NCBI GenBank assembly: GCA_963833425.1
Contig: CAWHXP010000008.1
Coordinates: 244,578-308,577 of the forward strand
DNA: 64,000 nucleotides
Source of the DNA: an uncultured Methanosarcinaceae archaeon
GTDB taxonomy: Archaea; Halobacteriota; Methanosarcinia; Methanosarcinales; Methanosarcinaceae
Direction: 5' to 3'
Numbering within the stretch: position 1 is the stretch's first letter; the number at the start of each line of letters is the position of its first letter. Made by a program: the position numbers and the translations under genes. This document shows positions 46,889 to 58,852 of the stretch, in pieces. Under the pieces are notes generated by a model. It was not told the origin of the DNA and did not search any database. It was given only the letters and a program-made list of their open reading frames with translations.

Positions 46889-47740
46889 ATGGGGTTTTAT
46901 ATGAATCGGGGGTACATAGTAGATATAGTTACCAGAACAATAAAAGAATGGCGAGAAGATGATTCGCTAACCTATAGTGCTGGGCTAGCGTTTTATTTTT
47001 TATTAAGTCTTCCTGCACTCCTTTTATTTTCAGTATCCTTAGGAAGTATTTTTTTAAGATCGAAAAATATTCAGGATGCTGTATTAAATTATCTGCAAGG
47101 AGTCGTTGATGATAATATCATCAATATGATACTAGGACTTTTCGACCATATTCCAAAGACGAATTCCATCTCAATGAGCTTATTGGTTGGCTTTTTACTA
47201 CTTCTATGGAGTGCGAGCAATGTTTTCTGGCACTTAAAAAATTTCCTAGAGAGAGCTTGGGATATTAAACCTACTGAATCTAATCATATTAAAGAATTCA
47301 TAAGAAATGCAGTAGTATCCTGTTTCATAGTTATAGTTTTCGGAGGGCTGCTAGTAACTAGCATCATTATCGAGGGTTTTGTTTATATGGGTTCAGATTT
47401 GCTCCATCGACTTTTGCCCTTCTCATCTGTAATTGCTGATTATGCAAGTTCTATAGTTAGTTTTCTGATTCTTTTGCTGTTTTTTGTTCTTACATATAAA
47501 ATACTTCCAAATTCAAGTCTCGATTCTAAATCTATCTTTGTAGGATCACTTGTAACAGTAATTCTTATAACAATGGGCAAATATGCCGTTATACTTTTTA
47601 TAGCATATAGTAATCCTCTAAGCGTCTATGGAGCAATCGGATCCACTATCGGATTATTTCTTTTAATTTTTTATTCCTCAATTATGATTACAATTGGTGC
47701 AGAGTTCACAAAAGTTTATTCGGAATATTTAGATTCCTGA
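46889..47740 (+). CDS. YihY/virulence factor BrkB family membrane protein
   Basis: SAGLAFYFLLSLP, LLWSAS, YKILP, SVYGAIGS and IGAEF. Confidence 0.93.
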   Translation: MGFYMNRGYIVDIVTRTIKEWREDDSLTYSAGLAFYFLLSLPALLLFSVSLGSIFLRSKNIQDAVLNYLQGVVDDNIINMILGLFDHIPKTNSISMSLLVGFLLLLWSASNVFWHLKNFLERAWDIKPTESNHIKEFIRNAVVSCFIVIVFGGLLVTSIIIEGFVYMGSDLLHRLLPFSSVIADYASSIVSFLILLLFFVLTYKILPNSSLDSKSIFVGSLVTVILITMGKYAVILFIAYSNPLSVYGAIGSTIGLFLLIFYSSIMITIGAEFTKVYSEYLDS

Positions 47741-49230
47741 CTTTATGAAAATTACATTAGCTTCGAAGATTTCTAAAATATCATGTAGATAATCAAAGAA
47801 TACGTCTGTGATAATATTTCAATAGCACGATTAAGATTTGTATAATCTTTAGAATGATAATTGGTATGTCAGTAAATTTATGGTATCGCATCATTAGGCA
47901 TGTTCAAATCAAGTCAATCCTATCATCCAGTTTTTGAGTGTTTAGTTAAATTGACATACTCTCACAAATAAAATTATCTCGAATTTTGATTTATGAAACC
48001 TTACCTATCATTAACAGGATTAATTTCACTCTATTTGGCAGTGCATCAAAAGTTCTGTAAAATCACAAATACAGAAGTTATTAAGTAGAAAATTCTGCTT
48101 GTATGAAAAAATAAACAAAGTAATGGAAACTTGACTCTGAATTTGCAACAAATTCCCGCCCCTGCTCTGTTTGTTAGTGTGTGTAATTTTCTGCTAGATC
48201 TACTCCGTGTCCAAATTTTCTTTTTTGATTACTATTCGTCTACGACATACTTTTTTTCCGTGATCCAGGATGAAGTTTTAATTTAGTCTAACAGCAACTT
48301 TCTAGCTATTCATCATTTGGTGATTTCAGCAAAAACTATGTACTTATCCGAAATTACGATAAAATATCCCTCTAACTTCGGATTAAACTAAAAAAATGCA
48401 GAATTTTTACTAGAAAAGACCTATTTATTCATAAGAACTTGATGTGCTATATCTAGTGAATACATTGAATTAAATGTATAGAAATGAAGGGAAATTCATT
48501 AAGGAATTCGCTTCATAAATGCTTGAGGTTCTGAAAAAAGGGGTTTATGAAGCCTTAGATGCTTCATCGAAAAAACAGTTAAAAATAATTATTATATTGA
48601 ATACATGACACCAGGGATATTGAGGGGAAAGTGAAATTATTCGGTGCAGATATTGTAAAAGAAGTGTCGTAACTTTGACCACCAAAGAATTTTAAATTTA
48701 TTGGTGCCAACTTTGTCAACAGCAGTTATTTGCATGCCTATTACTTTTAAAATTGTAAAGATTTTACTCAGAGAGATACGGAAATAAATAATTCATTTTA
48801 TATCTTGGTCTTGTTTGTTGTAACTATTCAGCCTACTAAAAAAAGTTCATTTATATTGATTTTGTCTTAGTAGATGTTTCTAATTACTAGCATGGGAAAT
48901 AAAAAACATAACCACTATTAACAATTAAAGAAAACCAACTTGCTGAAAACCCTAGTATTGTTACCATTAACTTGTCCAAGGGAAAATGTATCTTCAATCT
49001 ATAAATCAGTCATTCAATAGTCGCTGAAAGCATTGAAAAAGTGATTAATAAGATGTACTCTGTACCTCGGTTTATTTTTTATTTTTTGTAGGTTTTCCTA
49101 AACTAAAAAAAAAATGGGGATTAAACAGCTAACTGCAGTTCTCTTGAAGTATTTTCACTGCAGTAAGTTGTATGTTATCAACTGAAATAAACCGTTAAAA
49201 ATATTACTGTTTGAAACTCCATTTAATTGT

Positions 49231-49788
49231 ATGAAAGAAGCCCTTATTCTTATTGATATCCAAAATGACTATTTTCCAGGCGGCAAGATGGAACTTGTAG
49301 GCATGGGAGAAGCAGTAAAAAAGGCAGCTGAACTCCTGAAAACATTCCGTACATTAGGCAAGTCAGTTTTCTTTATCAAACATTTGTCTAAGAGACCAAA
49401 TGCTACTTTCTTTATACCCGGAACTCGAGGAATAGATTTCCATTCAAGTATGAGTCCTCTTCCAGAAGAAGCTGTCATTGAGAAACATTTTCCTAACAGT
49501 TTTTTCCAGACCGAACTCCTTTCCAAACTGAAAGAAAAAAATGTAACTAGCCTTGTAATTTGCGGGGCAATGGTCCATATGTGTATAGACACGACAGTTA
49601 GGGCTGCAAAGGAACTTGGATTCACATGTACCCTGATTTACGATGCTTGCGCAGCACACGACCTTAAATTTAAAAACGAACTGATACCTGCATATACTGT
49701 TAGTGCAGCATTCATGGCCGCACTAAATGGTATATTTGCTGATGTCGTGATGACCAATGAGTACCTTTCCAGAAGCTTCCTTTTTTGA
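49231..49788 (+). CDS. Cysteine hydrolase (isochorismatase family)
   Basis: ALILIDIQNDYF, IEKHFPNSF and CGAMVHMCIDTT (D-K-C triad). Confidence 0.93.
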   Translation: MKEALILIDIQNDYFPGGKMELVGMGEAVKKAAELLKTFRTLGKSVFFIKHLSKRPNATFFIPGTRGIDFHSSMSPLPEEAVIEKHFPNSFFQTELLSKLKEKNVTSLVICGAMVHMCIDTTVRAAKELGFTCTLIYDACAAHDLKFKNELIPAYTVSAAFMAALNGIFADVVMTNEYLSRSFLF

Positions 49789-50977
49789 AAAATCCATTTA
49801 TGGAAGTGTTCCTTTTTCTGATTCTTATCCCTTTGTATCGGTCAAAATACATAATACAAAAAATGGTACAATTCCAAAATCCAGTGATTTCGCTATTCTT
49901 TTTTGACCGAATCTCAATTTCTCTCTAAATTAGTTTAATCAATTTGTTAATCCAATCTTCAAGAGTCACTATCCAACTAGTTTTTGCATCCTGATCTATA
50001 TCATATTTTTAAAAATAAATCCTGATTAGATGCTTCAGCTTACAAGTCTTGGTTTGGGTCTTGCCTACAAGCTGTTGATATTTTCTCATAGAATATTCAA
50101 ACAAATGGGATATATTTTTTAAGTATATTTATATACAAAAATTGAAATTTTGCTAAAATGAAAATGGGATATAAAAATCTGAAATAAGAATCATATGATA
50201 CATGATCTTTGGACAAGCTTTATCTTTATTAATATCGAACCTTAATAAAAGAACGAGCAACCTTTTCTTGACTCTTTTGATGCATTTTTTTTGTGCCAAA
50301 ACCTCTGCATTTTCTAAATTCCATCTGAAAAAAAGTATTTTGACCAAATCTTCGGAAAAATACATATTTTTTATTGAAATCACTGCAACTGCTACAAACC
50401 AAAAAGTTGTTGCTTTATATATTGAAAGGAGAATCTACCGAAATCAAATGAAAATCTGGGGGTAAAAATATTTTATCTCAAAAGATTGTTGCCTTTGCTA
50501 TCCTTCATACCCTACAGTTCTCTAATCTCATAAGGATATCTCAGAAATGTTGAATCTGGCTCCTTGACCATGGCAACAGCAGTGAATAACTAGTGTCTTA
50601 TGGTCATCACTTACTTACCAAAAAAGGAGACCTTATAATCTGCAGGAAAGAGATATCTGCAGCATTGTTGACTATCTGCCGTAGAACTCCGTGACAATTA
50701 TTCACTATCAGAAAATAAATACACAAAAGTATTTCATTTCTGGTTCTTTACTACGATGTATTTATGGATCACGATAAATTAGCTGAGCATGAAATATTAT
50801 ATATTATTATTCAATAACGTAACAACTTTAGTTTTGTTTAGAAATACTGTACCATTATTTTTTATTCTGAAATATTCTATCGTTATTTATTTATACCTTC
50901 CATTGCATATATAAAATTGGTCCATAGGGTCAGTCCCGATGTATGAAGAAGACGTACAAGAGTATAGAACTTTGATA

Positions 50978-51134
50978 AGTAGTAACTTGACTAAAGTGGT
51001 TTAATTGAGTAATGACTTAAATGAGTAGTAACTTAACTAAGGTAACTTGACTGAGTAATGACTTAAATGAGTAGTAACTTGACTAAAGTAGCTTAACTGA
51101 GTAATGACTTAAATGAGTAGTAACTTACTAAGTA
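50978..51134. repeat. 46-bp imperfect tandem repeat, about 3.4 copies
   Basis: Unit AGTAGTAACTT(G/A)ACTAA..GT....T.A.TGAGTAATGACTTAAATG at 50978, 51024 and 51070, plus a partial copy at 51116. Confidence 0.9.
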
Positions 51135-52528
51135 CAGAACTAAATTACATGAAATTGGACCAGATCCTATGGATCACTAAAAACATAAAAACTTTTTTGC
51201 ATATATTTTTATGGCATCGGAATTTCAGGTGGCCTGTAATTGACAAATGTACAGTGAACTTGATCAATCTTTTTGATATGGATAATTCGAAACCAATCGG
51301 ATACGTAATTTAATTCCTTCTCTGAGAGCGTATTTGGCTTTAAAACTTAAGCTCAAGATAAAGAAAAAAGCTTGAAAATAAGAAAATTGTCTGGAAATTG
51401 TCCGGGAGAAATGGTGTCATCATGAACCTGATTCTCAGGCGAGAATCTAATAAATATAATAGCTTTTTTGATTGATTTCAGTCAAACCAGAAGGAATTAA
51501 TGGCAAAATTTGACTATCCTTGGAGATATTAAAAAGTCTTGTAAATTAATTAAAAATTCTTGTTATCACAGCTGCTGGCTCAGCATCCTTCTATGAGAGA
51601 ACTAAAAGAATACAGAATTTATTAAATTTTGCAAAACTTTCTGCAGCTGTCGATTTCTCTGAAAGCTTCTAGGATTTCGGAGTCCTTTATATCTTTTCGG
51701 CCTTTGAACTTTTCAGCCTGAAGATCAAGAAGGAGGAGATAACCTGAAGATTATTCTTAATCCGATGGTGAATGTCCATTTTACGACACTTTCAATATTT
51801 ATGGAAATGCCTACGAAGTGGTGGACATTTAGTATTATAATTGTGAAAATGAGACTACATCTAGTGCTAGAATTGCAAACATAAAAGTAAATTTAAATGG
51901 AAATGAACTGTTTATTTGAAATTAAATTGGTATGAGTTTCTCTATACTCTTTAAGCCTGTGAGTGGTATTACAAAAGAATTGTAAAGGAAAGCTGACGTT
52001 GAGAATGGGATATGTTTTACCTTAAAACCTGTACTTTCATGAAAATAGTAAAAACAAAAACTTTGTTAACAAAAATATTGTCTCATATCCTATTTTTTGA
52101 GTGAAAGAAATGAATAAAGAGCTAGTTATATTTACAGACTTTAACTGTACTATCTACTTGAGGTGTTTTCATCCTTTATAACGAGCACAATAATGCGATT
52201 TTTCATGAGAAAAAATTCGTATTAAGAGGTTTAAGCTCCCAAATGCTCAATGCATGCAGTTTAATCTAAATTCTCTATACAAGACTCAAATTTATTGATC
52301 CACTTTTCTTCATCTTAGTAAATAAATTGTAAAGCTTTTAAGGTGATGAATCTAAAAAATAGATTCACGGCACTACAGTTGAATTTCATGATATTCTATA
52401 TTATGAAAGTAGAAATACTCTTTTGTAAGAGAATTAATTTCCGTTGGTTAGTAATCATAAGTACATATAGGGTCAAAATAGACAGCAATAAACTGATTCC
52501 AGGAAGGCTAAGTATTTATGTTCCAAAT

Positions 52529-52765
52529 TTATTTCTTTTTTAGAGTCTTTTCGAGCTCAATCCCTATTTTAACATTTAATAAAAAATCATCAACAGTTGC
52601 AAGAAGAGAACCTATTTTCTTGGAATAAAATCGTACAACAACTCTATCGTCACTGATTTCACTTTCCATGCTTATGAAATTATCCGGGGAAAGTGCTTGA
52701 AGTATTCTACCAGTAGACTGTCTTGATTCAGGATCCGGAAATTCAATTGCGCCTATGATATTCAT
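52529..52765 (-). CDS. pcc1: KEOPS complex subunit Pcc1
   Basis: About 78 aa; ALSPDN and SLLATVDDFLLNVKI; directly downstream of a DHH gene as in the conserved archaeal arrangement. Confidence 0.8.
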   Translation of the reverse strand: MNIIGAIEFPDPESRQSTGRILQALSPDNFISMESEISDDRVVVRFYSKKIGSLLATVDDFLLNVKIGIELEKTLKKK

Positions 52766-52803
52766 AAACATCCCTTAAATCTTTTTTAGCGTAGTTATAT
52801 TCC

Positions 52804-54141
52804 CTATTTCGTTTTACCTTTATTTTGTTTTTGGAGCTGATATCCTACTAATTGATCTACACTACTCAAGAATTTTTCAGTATTTCCAATGGGAATTGAA
52901 GCACCGGAAGCTATGCTGTGTCCACCTCCACTTCCACCAGCTGCATATGCAGCTTCCTTGATAGCAAATGCAAGATCTAGGCCTTTTGAGACAAGTGCAC
53001 GCGTGCCCCTAGCAGAGACTTTCAGTATACCTTCCGATTCGTTCATACATATACAGGGGAGTTCCGGATGAAGATAGCGGACAACAGTGCTTGCAAGATT
53101 CCCGGTAGAAAGGGCATCAACAGTGTTGATGTACCAGATATTCTCCCCTTTGCAAAGTTTTTCTACATTTTCTCTAATATCGATGGCGATTTTTTTCTTA
53201 TTTTCCTTGGCAAGAGAAAGCGCTTCATCGACAACTCTCTGGTCTTTCAGACAAATTTCCAGAGCCAGTCCATAGACTTTCTGTCTCCCGCATGTATTGA
53301 GAAGATCGATAAAATCATAAACATTTTTTACAAGCTCCCTGTTCAGGAGTAAAACCTCTCCTATGACAGCCTCTGCAGCTTCCGGACTAGCTTTTCTCGC
53401 GAGCTTCAGCGAAACAGCATTAACAAGTCTATAGACTGCTTCCTCAGAAAGCTCTTCAATATTTCCTGAAATATCGAGCTGCTTTAGGAATTCTTTTACT
53501 TTTTGCGGGTAACCGGTGATGTCAAGGAAAGGTTCTGTACTGTAGGTAAGCACGTCTTCAAGGTCCCCAGCCCCTACTTTTAGTCCCTTTCGGATGGACA
53601 CAATTTCTGCTTTTAGGGCTTCCTCAAGAATGAAAGCATTCGCCTTATTAAAAAGCTGTCTGTCACCGACTGCGCCTGCAATAGCCAACCCTGCAAGATC
53701 GATATTTCCTGTACCGAGTTCCCTGGCTATCAGATAGCAGGTGCCTGAAGCAGAGATGTCCGTAGCTCCGTCGATTCCTACAATATGGCCATTAACCACT
53801 GACTCTACATGAGGCTCACCAACTGGATTGTGATGATCAAGCACTAAAACTTCAGTTGTCACATTAGCTATAAGTTCAGGTTGCCCGCATCCCATATCGC
53901 AGAAGATTACAAGTTCTCCCTGTGAAGTGCTTCCGTTTACTTTTTCAATCAAAAATTCATCCAGTTTTTCAGATATCGAAAGTTGGAAGCGGATACCCGC
54001 CCTTAGAAGGGCTTGGGCCATTATCCCGGCTGAAGTTAGTCCGTCAGCATCATTATGTGAGATTATGCGCACGAAACTGTACTTTTGGATCTTTTCAGCC
54101 GCTTTTTTTGCAAGGTGTATAAGTTTTTCCAACTCGCTCAA
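52804..54141 (-). CDS. DHH family phosphoesterase (archaeal RecJ-like) with DHHA1 domain
   Basis: SHNDADG, FCDMG, LDHH, GAVGD, KVSARG and GGGH..ASGA. Confidence 0.93.
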   Translation of the reverse strand: MSELEKLIHLAKKAAEKIQKYSFVRIISHNDADGLTSAGIMAQALLRAGIRFQLSISEKLDEFLIEKVNGSTSQGELVIFCDMGCGQPELIANVTTEVLVLDHHNPVGEPHVESVVNGHIVGIDGATDISASGTCYLIARELGTGNIDLAGLAIAGAVGDRQLFNKANAFILEEALKAEIVSIRKGLKVGAGDLEDVLTYSTEPFLDITGYPQKVKEFLKQLDISGNIEELSEEAVYRLVNAVSLKLARKASPEAAEAVIGEVLLLNRELVKNVYDFIDLLNTCGRQKVYGLALEICLKDQRVVDEALSLAKENKKKIAIDIRENVEKLCKGENIWYINTVDALSTGNLASTVVRYLHPELPCICMNESEGILKVSARGTRALVSKGLDLAFAIKEAAYAAGGSGGGHSIASGASIPIGNTEKFLSSVDQLVGYQLQKQNKGKTK

Positions 54142-54957
54142 AATCCATCACTCTAAAAATTTAATGATAAATTATGAAGATCAATTTAGTACGTGACTTT
54201 GATCACATAAGGATGCCAGTTTATACTGGCTTAATAATATAAAACACAATTCCCTGGAAAACAGACTATGGAGAATTCGATGAACTCCAAAAATTAGCCA
54301 CATTCTTATAAATGATACATAAATAAATCGAAAAAAATAAGGGATTATCAAAATTTTCTATGACTGAAAATAGTATCAATTTGAAGTAATTTTTATTTTG
54401 GCATTTTTTTATATATTAGATCATTGGTTGTAGATAAGAGAGAATTGTAGAAGATGTTCAGAAGGAACTCAAATAGAGTGCATCAACCACGCCCTAAAAA
54501 GGGAAGAGGATGCTTTTGTTGTCCACTCAGTTTGTCAAAATTAAGAAATCCATGATTCTTTTTTGACCAACTTTATTTTATTTATATTATTTAAACTCTA
54601 TTTTTAATTTTTAGAACTGTATTGTAGTGTCAAAATCGCATTTATACCTGATCCAGGAAAATTGGCATTAACCGTTGACTCTTATACAATAATATCGTTT
54701 TTTAGTTTGGGATAGCGCTTGAAAAGTCTGTAAAAAGTACCTTTTCAAGCACTGAACTATTTCTGGTAGAGATTTACTCGAATGGAATCCCAGTAATAAG
54801 TGAACGTGATATCCTACCACTTCCATAGCATGAATCAAGTAGTCTTCCTAAATACACTTCCATTTTTTACTTAAATTTAATCCCATTTCACGTTGTCTTT
54901 TAGAACCCAAATCGTCAAATTTGTGTTGGAATATCGTTTATATTTTTTGGATATTCC

Positions 54958-55581
54958 TCATGGTTTTTGAACCCCTGGTTCTGAGGGTTTATTAAGTATG
55001 CTTTTTGCCCGTAATATACGCTGTATAATAGTAATATGAGAAAACACAGTTATCAGCACAAGAGACCATCCAAGAAAACCTGAAAGAGCGCCTACGGCTA
55101 GTAGGGTCATTCTTTCAGCACGTTCGGCAATTCCAACAGACAGTTTTCTGCGGCCTTCGGACTCAGCGCGCGCTCGGGTATAACTTACCAGAAAAGAACC
55201 TATAAGAGCAAAGCCTGCCCAGAGCCAGCTTTCAATTTGCATGATAGGTGAGAGCATAAGCTTGCCATTCACTACTCCGGCTATAATACCTAGAAACATT
55301 AGCCCTTCAGAGTAACGGTCACATACCGAATCAAGCACGCCTCCAAAAGGAGTTATTATGCCTTTAGCTCGCGCAACTCCTCCATCAAAAGCGTCAAGGA
55401 CTCCACTGAAGAGAATGAGAAGCCCTCCCTCAAAATGTTTTCCTAGAGCAAAAGCCATACCTGCAGCCATGCTTACCAAAAAACCCAATAAGGTAAGTGT
55501 ATTTGGAGATAGGGGAATTAAGAGAGCAATTGGCATTATCAGCTTTCTTACGCTGTTTTTTAAGTCATCGAATATTTCAAT
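54958..55581 (-). CDS. CDP-alcohol phosphatidyltransferase (archaetidylinositol-phosphate synthase-like); start codon unclear
   Basis: SPNTLT, DAFDGGVARAKGIITPFGGVLDSVCDRY, LVSYTRARAE and GIAERAER. The frame extends about 15 codons upstream of the ATG at 55536 without another start codon. Confidence 0.85.
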   Translation of the reverse strand: MEIFDDLKNSVRKLIMPIALLIPLSPNTLTLLGFLVSMAAGMAFALGKHFEGGLLILFSGVLDAFDGGVARAKGIITPFGGVLDSVCDRYSEGLMFLGIIAGVVNGKLMLSPIMQIESWLWAGFALIGSFLVSYTRARAESEGRRKLSVGIAERAERMTLLAVGALSGFLGWSLVLITVFSHITIIQRILRAKSILNKPSEPGVQKP

Positions 55582-57811
55582 CCCTTCCTGTTATCTATTA
55601 TCCATACTATACCGTTGCATATTAGCCTTATCTTTCTTGAGAAATACCAAATATCAGATACCAAGTCTGCTGTTGAAAAATTCATTTAAAATTTAAATTG
55701 CAACTTCCAGGATTGAACGATCGTCAAGGTTGATATACCTCAAAAGAAGTATAATGATCTTTTTAGGATAAAGATAGGTAATATGAGTTTAAAATTATAT
55801 GGAGCTGGGTTCTGTGTAATCTACGTGGGGAGAGTATGATTAAAAATAGTGTGCAAAATCGAGGGTCGGGTTGGGAATTTGTGGAAAATTCTAATAAATA
55901 ATTAAGGAAAATATCTAAATTGATATTAAAAGTCGAAGTTCAAAGCTTAAGATTTTAGTCTCTTTTAATAGATATTTTTCTACGCTCAGTTTCAATTTTC
56001 ATAAGAAACATTAAGAATCTGAATTTGCGAGATGATGTTCATTGGAACAAAGTCTAATTTCAATTTCAGTACAAGGAATTTCTAGATAGGCAGGATAGAG
56101 ACTTAATGCCTCAGCCTGACAGGGCGCTGACTTGAAACAGGTGTTTCACCACAGGAGGGAGTATACCAGTGAAAGTAAGACATTCAGATGCTTAAGTGCA
56201 AGAAACTTATCTATCTACCTGATGACTGGGGCAAATATGATATTCTGCAAATTGTTCCTAGATTCTTAGAAAAATAGCTTATACATTTAACCTTGATAAA
56301 ACAGAATTAAAATACGTGTTTATCCAAGTTTAATTGAGATTGCAAGAGAGGACAATTTTACGGATATTTGTATAAAAAGATTCAGCAAATTTTTGGAAAA
56401 AATAGGATGCTTCCAAAACCACCTATTTGGCCTCTACCTACTGATACAATCCAAATTTGTGGCCGCCCATCCAAAATAGGCAAAAGTGATTGTCTGCAGA
56501 ATTATTCAAAGGTGTCCTAGACAAATATATAGCTTATTGATAGGAGATAGAAGATGAAAATATTGCCTCTAAAAACAGCATAATAAGGATTGAAACAAAG
56601 GTTGTATTATTAGAGAATTTTTTCAGTATTTACATTTAATAAATTCGTTTTTCTTCTCAATTTCATTGATTAAAAGTATAAAAAAATAAAGATATTTTAA
56701 GTGAATGAAATAGAAAAAAAGCCTGAAAAGTACCCAATTTAAATTACCTATCACATTCCTGGAGCTCTTCACGGTCCACTTTTCTATCTTGAAATTTATT
56801 CAATCTTATGCGGCCTTTTGAGAAAAATTATAGCTACCTGTAACAACCACCTGCTGATCGATCACTAAACTCTCATTGTTTAAGAAGTCGTAGGTCCATA
56901 TTTACTATAATGGTGTGGAATGTTTAGCAGCAGGGTTATTCGTTATGGTGTCCCTTTGCACGATTTTTGCATTTTCATTTACATTTTTACTTTTTTCAAT
57001 GTCTTTTATAAGCTAGTTCATTTATTTGTGAAGATTCCAGGGGTAATAAAAAAATCATTACTATCAAATTGTTGTTCGATTTTAAAACATATTATTTGAA
57101 AGTAATTTTTGTTCAGAAACTATTTTTTGTATAATTAATTTAAAATTACCAAATAGATAATTGTATACTGTAGCTTAAAATGTAACAGACAAAGAGTTAG
57201 AAACGACCGGTAGGATGTGTGAGCATACAAAGTAATTATAAAAAGTTGCATTAGTAAAAAATGGATATGAAAATACAAGGATTGGTAGCAAAAATAACTG
57301 ATACGGGAAAGACTATCGAGCTTATGATAAAAGCTATAAATGACACCCAAAAAGTCCAAGGAACGATGAGACAATTTGAAAAATAACTGCGATGCGTTAT
57401 TTAAAGTCAAGGGATTCATTAATCAAATGTAATAAATTAAGTAACGTTAAAATGTTGATGTTTTTATCTTAGAAACGAGTTAGAAAAAAATTTCATACAA
57501 TTTAGGAGTTAATTTACTCTTTTTAGACTAGAAAGCTTTTGATTATCTCGTTTTGCGATATTCGAGCTGGCATAGAGTAGAGTTTATCCAGACAGACTAT
57601 TTAGTGTAAATAAAAGAAATGCAGAGATAAACCTGTTCTACATAATCTTGGTGTACCCACAATTAGTTTGTTGCGAAAAATCGATGAACTTGTAATAAAA
57701 AGTAATTAAGAATGTAAATCAGTTATTAAACAGCGATTAACGTGAGTTTCCAACCCCAGCAAGTTGCAGGGTATTCGATTGAAATAAAATAGGACAACTC
57801 GAGGGTTAAAT

Positions 57812-58394
57812 ATGAGACTAAAAGATAAGAAAATTGGGATACTTTTTGAGAGTGATTTCTATGAGCAAGAGATCTGGTATTATATATTTCGATTCCGTGA
57901 AGAGGGAGTAAAACTTCACTTCCTGACTCGTCTATGGGGTCAAAAAGAGCAATAATTTCACGGTCATGAATATCAATTCCCATGAAATGTAATGAAAACT
58001 TCGAAGGAATGAGTGATGAGGAACTCGCAAGTTACTCGGCCATTATTGTACTTTCGGGGATGGTGGCCGACAGATTGAGGTACACAGAAGACTGAGTAAA
58101 ATCCCGCCGGCGACTCAGTTTCTTGCTCGCGCATTTGCCAACAAGCAAATTATCAAAGGTATCATTTGCCATGGACTCTGGCTCTGTGCACCTATGCCGG
58201 AACTGGTGAAAGGAAGGCGATTGACAGTTCACAACAATCTCTATGGAGATGCAAAGGCATACGGTGCTACTTACGTTAATGAAGATCTGGTGGTGGACGG
58301 TGATCTGGTTACAGCTCGCACAGGAGATGACTGTTATCTTCTGGCACTAAAGATAATAGAAATGATAGAGCAGAAAGGAAATCAGGAAAGATGA
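57812..58394 (+). pseudogene. DJ-1/PfpI family protein with a nonsense mutation and frameshifts
   Basis: MRLKDKKIGILFESDFYEQEIWYY..RF.EEG, GMVADRLRY, IICHGLWL and DLVVDGDLVTART. Confidence 0.88.
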
Positions 58395-58852
58395 AAAAGG
58401 AGTTTAAATGCTCACTCAAAATTTTTACATGTTTGAATCAATTGCAAGGACCCTATTGCTACGGAAAGATTCTATACCAGAAACTTTAAGTTCAGAAGTG
58501 TTCGCATTATCCTTTTTGACGGCAAGAAAATAGTCTTAATCAGGATCTAAAAAGGTGATATGTATCTTGAGATTTTCGAAGTCGCAGAAGAAGCTCTCCC
58601 CTCGAGTTACTAAAAATGGACCAACAAGTTCGAGTTTTCGCCAGCTTGCTTTCAAAGTTGACAATCTTATTCAAAGTTGAAAGAAAATCCAGATGGAAGG
58701 ATCAATGAAATTAGCCAAGGAAATCGGGATCAAAAAAATCCCTTAAAACTTGATTAACAAAAATCTTGTGGAGAGAAGAATTTAACGTAATATAATTTTT
58801 CGGGTCTGAGTTTGAAACAACCATTATAAAAGGGATAACGGAGGCAATATAT

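Noticed and set aside
50978..51134. Mini-CRISPR array
   Set aside because: The variable parts are only about 17 nt and are clearly related to each other.
56085..56235. Structured ncRNA or intron remnant in a GC-richer intergenic patch
   Set aside because: No convincing stems or recognisable family motifs by eye.
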